Positions 27,378 to 34,402 of a stretch of DNA of 37,686 nucleotides are shown piece by piece. The translations under genes were made by a program, and so were the position numbers. Numbering within the stretch: the stretch's first letter is position 1; the number at the start of each line of letters is the position of its first letter. Source of the DNA: a virus (taxonomy: Duplodnaviria > Caudoviricetes); IMG/VR virus record IMGVR_UViG_3300028585_000049, positions 1 to 37,686 of that record. One strand, written 5' to 3'. The notes under the pieces are model-generated. The model was not told the origin of the DNA, made no database searches, and worked only from the letters and a program-made list of their open reading frames with translations.

Positions 27378-27434
27378 TCAGCGGCACCCTTCATGCGAGT
27401 GGAGCGGCGGGTCGCGGTTGATGACCATCGTCAT
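27378..27434 (-). CDS. 18-aa mini-ORF (MTMVINRDPPLHSHEGCR)
   Basis: ATGA overlap with the upstream stop; ends 3 nt before the next ATG. Confidence 0.35.
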   Translation of the reverse strand: MTMVINRDPPLHSHEGCR

Positions 27435-28003
27435 GACTTCGCCAACCCCGTGATCGCGCCGGTGCCGAGAATGATGACACGCCGATAGGTCGGTGCCGCG
27501 CAACCCAGCACCTTGATCAGGTGGGCGGCGATCATCGCCTCGAGCCCGGCCTTCACCGCGCCCTCAGTCAGCCGCGCCTTGTCGGCGAGTTGCTTGTCGG
27601 TGGGGCAAGGGCGGGCATGCTGCGCGAACCTTTCCAGCACGGGCAGCAACGCGTCGACGATCGCAGCCTCGCCGTCGACCAGCTTGGCGGACGGCGCGGT
27701 CAGTACGGCACGGACTGGCCGCGTCAGCGGCGTAGGCTTGCCAGTGCGCTGCGCTCGATAGTTGAATACGGTCGGATCGATGGTTGATCGCGGACGCGTA
27801 AGCACGACCAGTCCAAGCGCCGCGAGCTCACGCATACGCTTAGCTCCGGCCGAATTCACAGGCAGGCATAACCGGGTGGCATACGTGAAGACGTCGCCCT
27901 GCTTGGCGACTTCCATCCACGCTGCGATCCGGATCGGACTGGCAACGATGCCGGGAGCCTCGTCATGATCGGCGAGCATCTGCACGGTTGCCATCGCGAT
28001 CAC
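27431..28003 (-). CDS. Hypothetical protein with C-terminal winged-HTH-like domain
   Basis: PCPTDKQLADKARLTEGAVKAGLEAMIAAHLIKV; coupled to its neighbours. Confidence 0.7.
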   Translation of the reverse strand: MIAMATVQMLADHDEAPGIVASPIRIAAWMEVAKQGDVFTYATRLCLPVNSAGAKRMRELAALGLVVLTRPRSTIDPTVFNYRAQRTGKPTPLTRPVRAVLTAPSAKLVDGEAAIVDALLPVLERFAQHARPCPTDKQLADKARLTEGAVKAGLEAMIAAHLIKVLGCAAPTYRRVIILGTGAITGLAKS

Positions 28004-28302
28004 GCAGCCCTCCGGTCATGCTCGCGCGGCGCAACTCGATCGAACCAGCCTCCCTCGGGCTTGGCATCCCAGTCGTTGATAGGCACGGCGCAGCGCGTGG
28101 CGGCGAAGATCTGATAGGCGAGCGGCGCATCGGGTACGACGTCGCCCGACATCATGCGCTCCATTGTGATCTGGCCAATGCCAGTCCTGCGCAGCAGCTT
28201 GCCCAAGGCGCCGACCGGCTCGTGCTGGATCCAATGGGCAAGACGGCGCGCGCCCTCGTTCGGCACGATAACGCAGAGCCGCAGAAGGATGTTCGGCTTC
28301 AT
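28000..28302 (-). CDS. Small XRE-like HTH protein
   Basis: LLRRTGIGQITMERMMSGDVVP ... VPINDW. Confidence 0.65.
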   Translation of the reverse strand: MKPNILLRLCVIVPNEGARRLAHWIQHEPVGALGKLLRRTGIGQITMERMMSGDVVPDAPLAYQIFAATRCAVPINDWDAKPEGGWFDRVAPREHDRRAA

Positions 28303-28781
28303 CGGTCACCTCCATGGATTGAGCGAGCAAGAGCCCGCATGCCGACGGCAACACGGATGACGTCGTCCAACTCTCGCTCAAGCTTTGCGGCATCGACCGC
28401 GCAGAAATTACCGTCGGCCAAGCCGGCGCAAACAACGCGGGTGGTGTCATTGAACTCGCCAGAAAGCGCCGCCATCATGCCAAGCACATCGCCTGTTGTT
28501 ACGGGCGTATTTGGTACTGATACGAACACGCCATCAGCCATCGCACACAGTGTTGCCGTCACGACCGGCTCACCTGCCAGTGCTTCCAAATCGCGCACGA
28601 CATCAATCGGAGCGAAGCACTCCGCGTCCGCTTGAACATTGGAAGCGTAGCGTGCGAGCGTGCTCTTCCCGACACGGCAGAATGATGCCGCTGCTTCCAA
28701 TCCGCCGGTCTTGCTGACGAGCTCGCCAAACTTGATCTTGAGCATGCGGCCCTTGACCGCGTCGGATGCAATCACGTTCAC
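28299..28781 (-). CDS. CII-like phage regulatory protein
   Basis: GGLEAAASFCRVGKSTLARY HTH, PIDVVRDLE; directly downstream of cro. Confidence 0.7.
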   Translation of the reverse strand: MNVIASDAVKGRMLKIKFGELVSKTGGLEAAASFCRVGKSTLARYASNVQADAECFAPIDVVRDLEALAGEPVVTATLCAMADGVFVSVPNTPVTTGDVLGMMAALSGEFNDTTRVVCAGLADGNFCAVDAAKLERELDDVIRVAVGMRALARSIHGGDR

Positions 28782-29056
28782 GAAAACACCTGGGGGGAAG
28801 ACTTCTCGGTAATTCCCGGTGACGTGCCATCAGGAGGGTTGATAGTTGGCAGATCGACGCCGCATTCCGCGGCGATGGCAGAGACCTTCTCAGAGGACCC
28901 CTCGTCTTGAGCTATGCGACGCAGATGATCCAATCGGGACGCAGACAGACCGTTCTTCCGCCAATTGTGGACGGTCGAAACGCCGGTGAACGCCTTGTTG
29001 GCAACCGCTGTGGTGCCGCCGAGCGCATCGATGACGAGATTTGCAAATCGATCCAT
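28778..29056 (-). CDS. cro: Cro-like repressor
   Basis: IDALGGTTAVA ... STVHNWRKNG; divergent from cI; start revised to the ATG at 29056. Confidence 0.85.
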   Translation of the reverse strand: MDRFANLVIDALGGTTAVANKAFTGVSTVHNWRKNGLSASRLDHLRRIAQDEGSSEKVSAIAAECGVDLPTINPPDGTSPGITEKSSPQVFS

Positions 29057-29067
29057 AGCGGCCCATA

Positions 29068-29129
29068 TGCCGAAACGGCATTTAACAAGCAAGACATATT
29101 CTGCCGTAATGGCATTTGCCATAATGGCA
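29068..29129. promoter_or_regulatory. Three 13-bp operators (OR-like), consensus TGCCRNAWYGGCA
   Basis: TGCCGAAACGGCA 29068-80, TGCCGTAATGGCA 29102-14 and TGCCATAATGGCA 29117-29, between cro and cI. Confidence 0.85.
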
Positions 29130-29152
29130 GACATGCTCTTGATGCATGGGGT

Positions 29153-29731
29153 ATGGAAATCGCCGAAATCCGTGAGCTAATGCGAGCTAAGGGCTATGAT
29201 CAGAGCGATCTGGCAAACCTGCTCGGCATAGACCCAAGCGCCGTTTCGAAGCGGCTGACAGGCAAACGGCCGTTCAAGCATAACGAGATGGTAAAGACGC
29301 AGGCTTGGCTGCTTGGCGGCGCGCCTGCCGTTAAACTAGGTGGCGAAGCTGTCCGCCTCCTCCCGATCATTGGTCAGGTTGCAGCTGGGACGTGGAGGGA
29401 GGCGGTTCAGCAGCCGTCAGGACATCTGCCACTTGCGGCGTCGACGGCGCCGAAAAATGGCGTCGTGCTAGTTGTGCAGGGCGACTCGATGGATTTAGAG
29501 ATTGAAGAGGGCGGCATGGTCGTCGTCGATCCTGACGACAAAGCCCTATACCCCGGCCACCTGTTCGTCATTCTTAACGAGAATGGCGAAACAACCTTCA
29601 AGCAATTTGAAAATGATCCGGCGCGGCTAGTCCCGAGATCGACGAACGGTTCTCATCGGCCGATTCAAATTGGTGATGGCCAGGCCTTTACGGTGATGGG
29701 GCGGGTGACTGCGCTTTACCGACGCCGCTAA
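29153..29731 (+). CDS. cI: CI-like repressor (XRE HTH + S24 autopeptidase)
   Basis: QSDLANLLGIDPSAVSKRL HTH; Ala-Gly cleavage site VAAG; catalytic GDSM and TFK; start revised to the ATG at 29153. Confidence 0.93.
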   Translation: MEIAEIRELMRAKGYDQSDLANLLGIDPSAVSKRLTGKRPFKHNEMVKTQAWLLGGAPAVKLGGEAVRLLPIIGQVAAGTWREAVQQPSGHLPLAASTAPKNGVVLVVQGDSMDLEIEEGGMVVVDPDDKALYPGHLFVILNENGETTFKQFENDPARLVPRSTNGSHRPIQIGDGQAFTVMGRVTALYRRR

Positions 29732-29947
29732 GGCCACCGCCTCATCATAGGGCATCCACTCAGACTGCTGATCCAAGCCACCAGGCACGGTCAGGAAAAA
29801 GCATCCATACTCGTCGTGCGAGCCTAGCCCTTCAGCGATCAGATCCTCGCGAGCGTAGAGCACGCTCTTGCGCCATGGGCCGACAGGCCGACCGAAGCAC
29901 GTTGCCCGGTACCAGGTCACCATCTTCTTATTGAATGCGTCGCTCAA
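29627..29947 (-). CDS. Small hypothetical protein convergent on and overlapping cI, probably SOS-regulated
   Basis: GGAGGG SD before the TTG at 29947 (alternative ATG at MVTWYRATCFG); LexA box upstream. Confidence 0.6.
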   Translation of the reverse strand: MSDAFNKKMVTWYRATCFGRPVGPWRKSVLYAREDLIAEGLGSHDEYGCFFLTVPGGLDQQSEWMPYDEAVALAASVKRSHPPHHRKGLAITNLNRPMRTVRRSRD

Positions 29948-29973
29948 GCGTCCCTCCGATGACTCACAAACTG

Positions 29974-29988
29974 GAACAAACGCGGAAC
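29974..29988 (-). promoter_or_regulatory. Alphaproteobacterial LexA (SOS) box GTTC-N7-GTTC
   Basis: The minus strand reads TTGATTGC GTTC CGCGTTT GTTC, placing the box just after a TTGATT -35-like hexamer. Confidence 0.75.
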
Positions 29989-30013
29989 GCAATCAATATC
30001 GAAAATGAGAGAA

Positions 30014-30065
30014 TGCCGATACGGCATAAATAGCATTGACTGTATATGCCATATTGGCAGATACA
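30014..30065 (+). promoter_or_regulatory. Two operators (OL-like) overlapping a PL-like promoter
   Basis: TGCCGATACGGCA 30014-26 and TGCCATATTGGCA 30047-59 flank TTGACT (30036-41); possible -10 GATACA at 30060-65. Confidence 0.8.
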
Positions 30066-30102
30066 GGCCTCATCAGGGCAACCCGCCCGATGGGAGTTGC
30101 AA

Positions 30103-30444
30103 ATGCGCCTCGACACCAAACCCGGGCAGGCTGCCGGGCCGTGCTCTTTCGACCAGTTCCTCAACGCGCTCGACAACCCGGCGCCGATGCTCGCTGACCG
30201 ATCCCGGACCGTCCGCTCGCGGGTGACGTTCATAGCGTTTGCGGCGCCCGACAATGTCCCGGTCATGCGTCGCCGCCACTCCGCCATGATGGCGCCCGTT
30301 GAAAGTCCATTCTGGATCGGCGTCGTTCGCTCAATGCGCGCACGGCAGGATCGGATCGGCGTTGCCTGCCTGCTCGTCGCCATGACGCTGTTCATCATGA
30401 TCGCTGGTCGATTGGCCTGGGCGTATGCAGCGGGGGCACTCTGA
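30103..30444 (+). CDS. Hypothetical early protein with C-terminal TM helix
   Basis: GGGAG SD before the ATG at 30103; TGATG-coupled to the next gene. Confidence 0.6.
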   Translation: MRLDTKPGQAAGPCSFDQFLNALDNPAPMLADRSRTVRSRVTFIAFAAPDNVPVMRRRHSAMMAPVESPFWIGVVRSMRARQDRIGVACLLVAMTLFIMIAGRLAWAYAAGAL

Positions 30445-30839
30445 TGCCCTGGTATCACGCGCGCACTGTGACGTCCGAGTTTTGGTTTGGCCCGGCAGAT
30501 ACCCGCGACGAGGCCATTGCGAAGGGCAAGCTGCGTCACGGATCGCGGTTTGCGATCGCAGAAGGAAAGCCGTTCGACAACGATCTCGATGTCTTCGAAC
30601 CCAACATCGCGCCGGTCTTCGATCGTTTCGACTCGCTCAACGATCAGAACTTTGGGGAGAACGGGGAAGGCGGACCGCTGCACTGGAACGATGAGGCATG
30701 CGCGGACCTCTCGCGGCGGTTGAACTGCGTCTTCGCCGAATGGGCGAAAGAGCACGGTTACGAACGCGGCTATCAGCTTGATCTCACCGACGGTGAAGAG
30801 ATCCGGCCGATCCTCACGTTGGCGGAGGTGATTCGCTGA
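30444..30839 (+). CDS. Hypothetical acidic early phage protein
   Basis: Coupled at both ends; GPADTRDEAIA motif. Confidence 0.75.
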   Translation: MPWYHARTVTSEFWFGPADTRDEAIAKGKLRHGSRFAIAEGKPFDNDLDVFEPNIAPVFDRFDSLNDQNFGENGEGGPLHWNDEACADLSRRLNCVFAEWAKEHGYERGYQLDLTDGEEIRPILTLAEVIR

Positions 30840-31144
30840 TGGCGCAGGACGTCCCCCAGCTGATCGCCACGGCTCGCGGCTTCCTCACGAGCATGGCCTA
30901 CAGCGCCGATGAACGGCCCGTGCTGATCGCGATCGTCGATCAACTCGAGAAGACGCGCGCCGCCCTCAAGCCGTTCGCTACCGCCCGGATGGGCGACGAT
31001 CGCGGCGAGACCGTCGCGGACTGGAACGAGCAACACGACAGCGACGGCGTATCGCTCCGTTGGGATCCAGAATTCGACGACGGCTCCACGCTGACCATCG
31101 GTCAATTCAAGCGCGCTCGCGCTGCATTTCAGGGAGAGGCATAA
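30839..31144 (+). CDS. Hypothetical early phage protein
   Basis: GGAGG SD; coupled; ALKPFA ... LTIGQFKRARAA. Confidence 0.75.
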   Translation: MAQDVPQLIATARGFLTSMAYSADERPVLIAIVDQLEKTRAALKPFATARMGDDRGETVADWNEQHDSDGVSLRWDPEFDDGSTLTIGQFKRARAAFQGEA

Positions 31145-31452
31145 TGGCCGCGACCTATTATCAACAGCATCCGCTCAATTTATCGCAACCGAAGACGATG
31201 ACAGTTGGCGATCTACTTGCCAGCCTCGACGGACACGATCGCAATCTCCCCGTAATCTTCCGCTCGCCGACATACGGCTGCTACGGCAGCAACGTCGGTT
31301 ACTCCCTAGACACCGTCTCGCGGGAAACGCTGGAACGACGCGAGGTACATATCCCCGCGACAACGTGGTTCGACGAAGAGGAAGGCGTCGACGTACCGCA
31401 GGAAGCGTACACCGACGTCTTTCCGGCATGGGACGGGGTGGTGATCGCATGA
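31144..31452 (+). CDS. Hypothetical early phage protein
   Basis: TAATG overlap; MTVGDLLASLDGHDRNLPV motif. Confidence 0.75.
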   Translation: MAATYYQQHPLNLSQPKTMTVGDLLASLDGHDRNLPVIFRSPTYGCYGSNVGYSLDTVSRETLERREVHIPATTWFDEEEGVDVPQEAYTDVFPAWDGVVIA

Positions 31453-32381
31453 CCGCCGACAGCCGCATCAAAACGGCCGTAGGGCCGACGATCCTGCTTC
31501 AGGGCGGTACGTACTTCGACTTGCTCGATCCGTCGAACAGCCCCTTCACGATCGAAGACATCGCCCACGGCCTCGCCCACACTTGCCGGTTCGCTGGCCA
31601 GTGCAGCCGGTTCTACTCCGTCGCAGAGCATTGCGTGCTCGCCAGCCACGTCGTCGCACCGGAGTTCGCGCTTCGCACGCTGATGCATGACGCGGCCGAG
31701 GCATTCATTGGCGATGTCACGCGCCCGCTGAAGTCCATCCTGCCGGCGTACAAGGCGATCGAGCGCACGATCGAGGCCGCAATCGCCGAGCGCTTCAAGA
31801 TCGGCGACTGGAACGTCGCCGAGGTCAAGGCGGTCGATCTTGAGATGCTTGCGGCCGAGCAGCAGATGATGATGCCTGCGATCGTCGACGATTGGGCCGT
31901 CTTGGCGGGCGTCATACCCGCACCGATTGAGTTCGCGTTCTGGCGTCCGCATACGGCGCGGCAGGCCTTCCTCGATCGTTACGCCGAACTAACCGGCTGG
32001 GTGGACCCAGCTGGCCTGGAACGTGGGCCACAAAACTACCTCGCCTCGGGTGGCAGCAAAGCGGCCGCTCTGGCTGCGAAGTCGAAGCCGTCATTCATCG
32101 CCCCACAAGAGGGCGAGCTTCCGTCCCGCGTAGGCCAACCCGGATGGCGGGCAATTATCCGCCATCTGATCCCGCGAGCTGAGTGGAACACGTGGTGCGG
32201 CGACGCACTGACGTACGACCCGAATGGCGGCGTGGAATTGCCGGTCGGCTTCATGCGCAGCATGCGCATTGCACAGAGGCTGCCCACCACTACGCCGGAG
32301 CGTGACGAGGTCGTAGGCCGCACGCTCTGCATCCAGTGGTTCGGCCTGATGGTCGAAATCAGCGCCGGGAGGATCCACTGA
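31449..32381 (+). CDS. HD-domain phosphohydrolase (YfbR/YfdR-like 5'-deoxynucleotidase) with C-terminal extension
   Basis: IEDIAHGLA ... RFAGQ ... YSVAEH ... LMHDAAEAFIGD ... PLK; start revised to the ATG at 31449 (ATGA overlap). Confidence 0.9.
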   Translation: MTADSRIKTAVGPTILLQGGTYFDLLDPSNSPFTIEDIAHGLAHTCRFAGQCSRFYSVAEHCVLASHVVAPEFALRTLMHDAAEAFIGDVTRPLKSILPAYKAIERTIEAAIAERFKIGDWNVAEVKAVDLEMLAAEQQMMMPAIVDDWAVLAGVIPAPIEFAFWRPHTARQAFLDRYAELTGWVDPAGLERGPQNYLASGGSKAAALAAKSKPSFIAPQEGELPSRVGQPGWRAIIRHLIPRAEWNTWCGDALTYDPNGGVELPVGFMRSMRIAQRLPTTTPERDEVVGRTLCIQWFGLMVEISAGRIH

Positions 32382-32659
32382 TGGGCGAGCTACTACCCGG
32401 CGTTACCCAACCAACTGGCCTCATCATTGCCGCCGCAGCGTCCGCTAGCGCTGCCGTTACCGATCTTATTGAGGCCAGCCGTGGTGATATCGATCTCGCG
32501 TTCAATCTGCGCAGCCGCGAGATTGCGGAGAACCTGACGGATGCGATCCAGTCGGTGTGCGCGATCGAACTAGAAGCGGACGATCTCGATCCCGAGCGGC
32601 GGGAGGCTGTTGGTGATCTGCTCGCCGCCGCCAGCCGCTTTATCGAGGGTTGGGCATGA
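32381..32659 (+). CDS. Hypothetical helical protein, 92 aa
   Basis: GGAGG SD; TGATG overlap. Confidence 0.7.
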   Translation: MGELLPGVTQPTGLIIAAAASASAAVTDLIEASRGDIDLAFNLRSREIAENLTDAIQSVCAIELEADDLDPERREAVGDLLAAASRFIEGWA

Positions 32660-33687
32660 TGTTCGTCGCTTCTTTGAATGCGGCGTCAGGTTGCGACGTT
32701 CCCTTCAGGAGTGACCTGAAAATGCCCGGTTTCATAGTCGTCACCGCTGGCCGCAAGCTGGAAGTGCGTGAAACGCCTGGTGCCGTCGGCCGAGTCGTAT
32801 CCAATCTCGCCGACGAAAAACAGGCTTGCGGTTCCAGCAATCAGGTCATCGTCGGCAGCCTTGATGCCCGTAATTGTATAACCTCTAACTTCCTTGGTGA
32901 AGCCAACCGGCAAATCACCAAGCGGAACGTGGACTTCATTCCAGAGATTACCTTTAACCGGACCGCTCCAGTACCCTCCGACAAAGCCACGGGCGCGAAA
33001 GCTCACGTTTTTCGCTGGCGTTGCTCCAAAATTCTGGATCTTCAGGTTCAGTGGCGCAGCATCGCCTACCAACCCAACCGATCGCATGCGGCTGAATTCG
33101 GGAATTATCGAGGTCAGGTAGACGTACGGCCTCAGTTGCTGCTCGAGCGCATCACGCGAGATGGCCGCTTGCTCCAAGGCAGCGTTTGCCGAACGCCGCG
33201 CCTCAAAGAGGCCGTCTTCGGCGATCTGTGCCGTACGCCGCGTTTCTCGAAACGTGAGCAAAACCAACCCAGTCCCAATCGCGGTGATGACGGCTCCGGC
33301 AATACCAAGGAACAAGCTCCAGAGCGCGACATCCGCTGCTTTTTCAGTCGCACGAACAGTGCGCCATTCGGCGCTCAGGTCGCGGTTGCTGCGCTGGTAA
33401 GCATGCTTGCGGGCATCAGCATAGCGGGAGCGTACTTGCTCGTCCGGTGGAGCACTGCGAAGCGAATCGGACTGTTGCTTGCCGGCAGTATGACGTTGGG
33501 GGGACTCGCTTGGTGGACTAGCCCCTGTGAGCAGCAGAACAAGACATACGGTCTGGGTGCCGCCACGGCGCCAGCAGGCCTTCAAATTCATAAAACCGCC
33601 CCCTTCGCCAACGTGAGATCGCCGACGGGGAATGAATTGTCGAATCATTGGACAAACGTGGGCGACGCTCTGGGGCCGACGATATGA
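32656..33687 (+). CDS. Possible antisense bridging ORF (343 aa) with two hydrophobic segments
   Basis: ATGA overlaps with both the upstream and downstream operon genes; fully overlaps the minus-strand moron. Confidence 0.3.
   Translation: MMFVASLNAASGCDVPFRSDLKMPGFIVVTAGRKLEVRETPGAVGRVVSNLADEKQACGSSNQVIVGSLDARNCITSNFLGEANRQITKRNVDFIPEITFNRTAPVPSDKATGAKAHVFRWRCSKILDLQVQWRSIAYQPNRSHAAEFGNYRGQVDVRPQLLLERITRDGRLLQGSVCRTPRLKEAVFGDLCRTPRFSKREQNQPSPNRGDDGSGNTKEQAPERDIRCFFSRTNSAPFGAQVAVAALVSMLAGISIAGAYLLVRWSTAKRIGLLLAGSMTLGGLAWWTSPCEQQNKTYGLGAATAPAGLQIHKTAPFANVRSPTGNELSNHWTNVGDALGPTI
32686..33591 (-). CDS. Moron-like membrane protein (signal-like N-terminus, TM helix, coiled coil, beta-rich domain)
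   Basis: Opposite orientation to its operon; DLSAEWR ... TM ... TFRETRR ... EQQLRPYV; start uncertain. Confidence 0.7.
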   Translation of the reverse strand: MNLKACWRRGGTQTVCLVLLLTGASPPSESPQRHTAGKQQSDSLRSAPPDEQVRSRYADARKHAYQRSNRDLSAEWRTVRATEKAADVALWSLFLGIAGAVITAIGTGLVLLTFRETRRTAQIAEDGLFEARRSANAALEQAAISRDALEQQLRPYVYLTSIIPEFSRMRSVGLVGDAAPLNLKIQNFGATPAKNVSFRARGFVGGYWSGPVKGNLWNEVHVPLGDLPVGFTKEVRGYTITGIKAADDDLIAGTASLFFVGEIGYDSADGTRRFTHFQLAASGDDYETGHFQVTPEGNVAT

Positions 33688-34223
33688 CCGATCGCCCCCG
33701 CTTCATCTACGCCTACGCAGAGATGGCACTGGTCGCCGAGGACGTCCGGCGAAACCGCGCGGAAGGCGATGTCTCGCTGGTCGACGCCGGCAAGCTGTCG
33801 CCTGACCTCGCTGCCGCACGGCTCCGCATCTCAACCGCGCTTGCCGTCGATTGGAAGGCGTACGCCCGCATGGAGCTACCGCCACTCGATTCGACGACCG
33901 ACGTCGAGAAAATCGCGGATCTGAAGGCCGTGCTGACCGGCGCCGAGAAACGCCGGGATCAAGCGCGGATGGCGATGATCCACGAATACGGGCCAGCTAT
34001 CGGAGATCTCTCTTTGAACGAGCTATGGCGGATCCACGACTCGCACGACACACGGTCGCTGCGTGTGCTGCCGTACCTCCATTGGGAAGGCTACGCTGCT
34101 GCGATCGAAGCGATGCTCTGGTGGCAAGAGCGCCCCAGGTACGAGAGCCGACGCTTCATCACGATGATCAATCAGCAGCTGCAAGGCATGGGCTATGCCG
34201 CGCAGGAAAGGGCAGCAGCATGA
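33684..34223 (+). CDS. Hypothetical phage protein
   Basis: ATG at 33684; LVDAGKLSPDLAAARL; ATGA-coupled to the next gene. Confidence 0.75.
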   Translation: MTDRPRFIYAYAEMALVAEDVRRNRAEGDVSLVDAGKLSPDLAAARLRISTALAVDWKAYARMELPPLDSTTDVEKIADLKAVLTGAEKRRDQARMAMIHEYGPAIGDLSLNELWRIHDSHDTRSLRVLPYLHWEGYAAAIEAMLWWQERPRYESRRFITMINQQLQGMGYAAQERAAA

Positions 34224-34402
34224 GCGCCGCAGCGCGTTTCAAGGAAGCCGACGTGACGCGCGCGGTACGCGGCGCGACCAAGGCTGGGATGATGGTCGGT
34301 CGCATTGAGATTGATCCGAACGGAAAGATCGTCATCTTGAGCGAATCGGTCGCCCCTCCTGCCGATCCGAACCCTTGGGATATAGTCATTGGCAAAGCCT
34401 GA
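34220..34402 (+). CDS. Putative excisionase / recombination directionality factor, 60 aa
   Basis: ARFKEADVTRAVRGATKAG ... RIEIDPNGKIVI ... NPWD; overlaps the integrase start (function inferred from position and size). Confidence 0.65.
   Translation: MSAAARFKEADVTRAVRGATKAGMMVGRIEIDPNGKIVILSESVAPPADPNPWDIVIGKA

Noticed and set aside
28907-29152. N-terminal extensions of cI (from 28907) and cro (from 29134) in the ORF track
   Set aside because: They would run through the operator region and overlap each other; the HTH domains begin at ATG 29153 and ATG 29056
31449-32000. DatZ of a 2-aminoadenine (Z-genome) pathway
   Set aside because: No purZ or mazZ in the window; stand-alone YfdR-like HD genes are common in temperate phages
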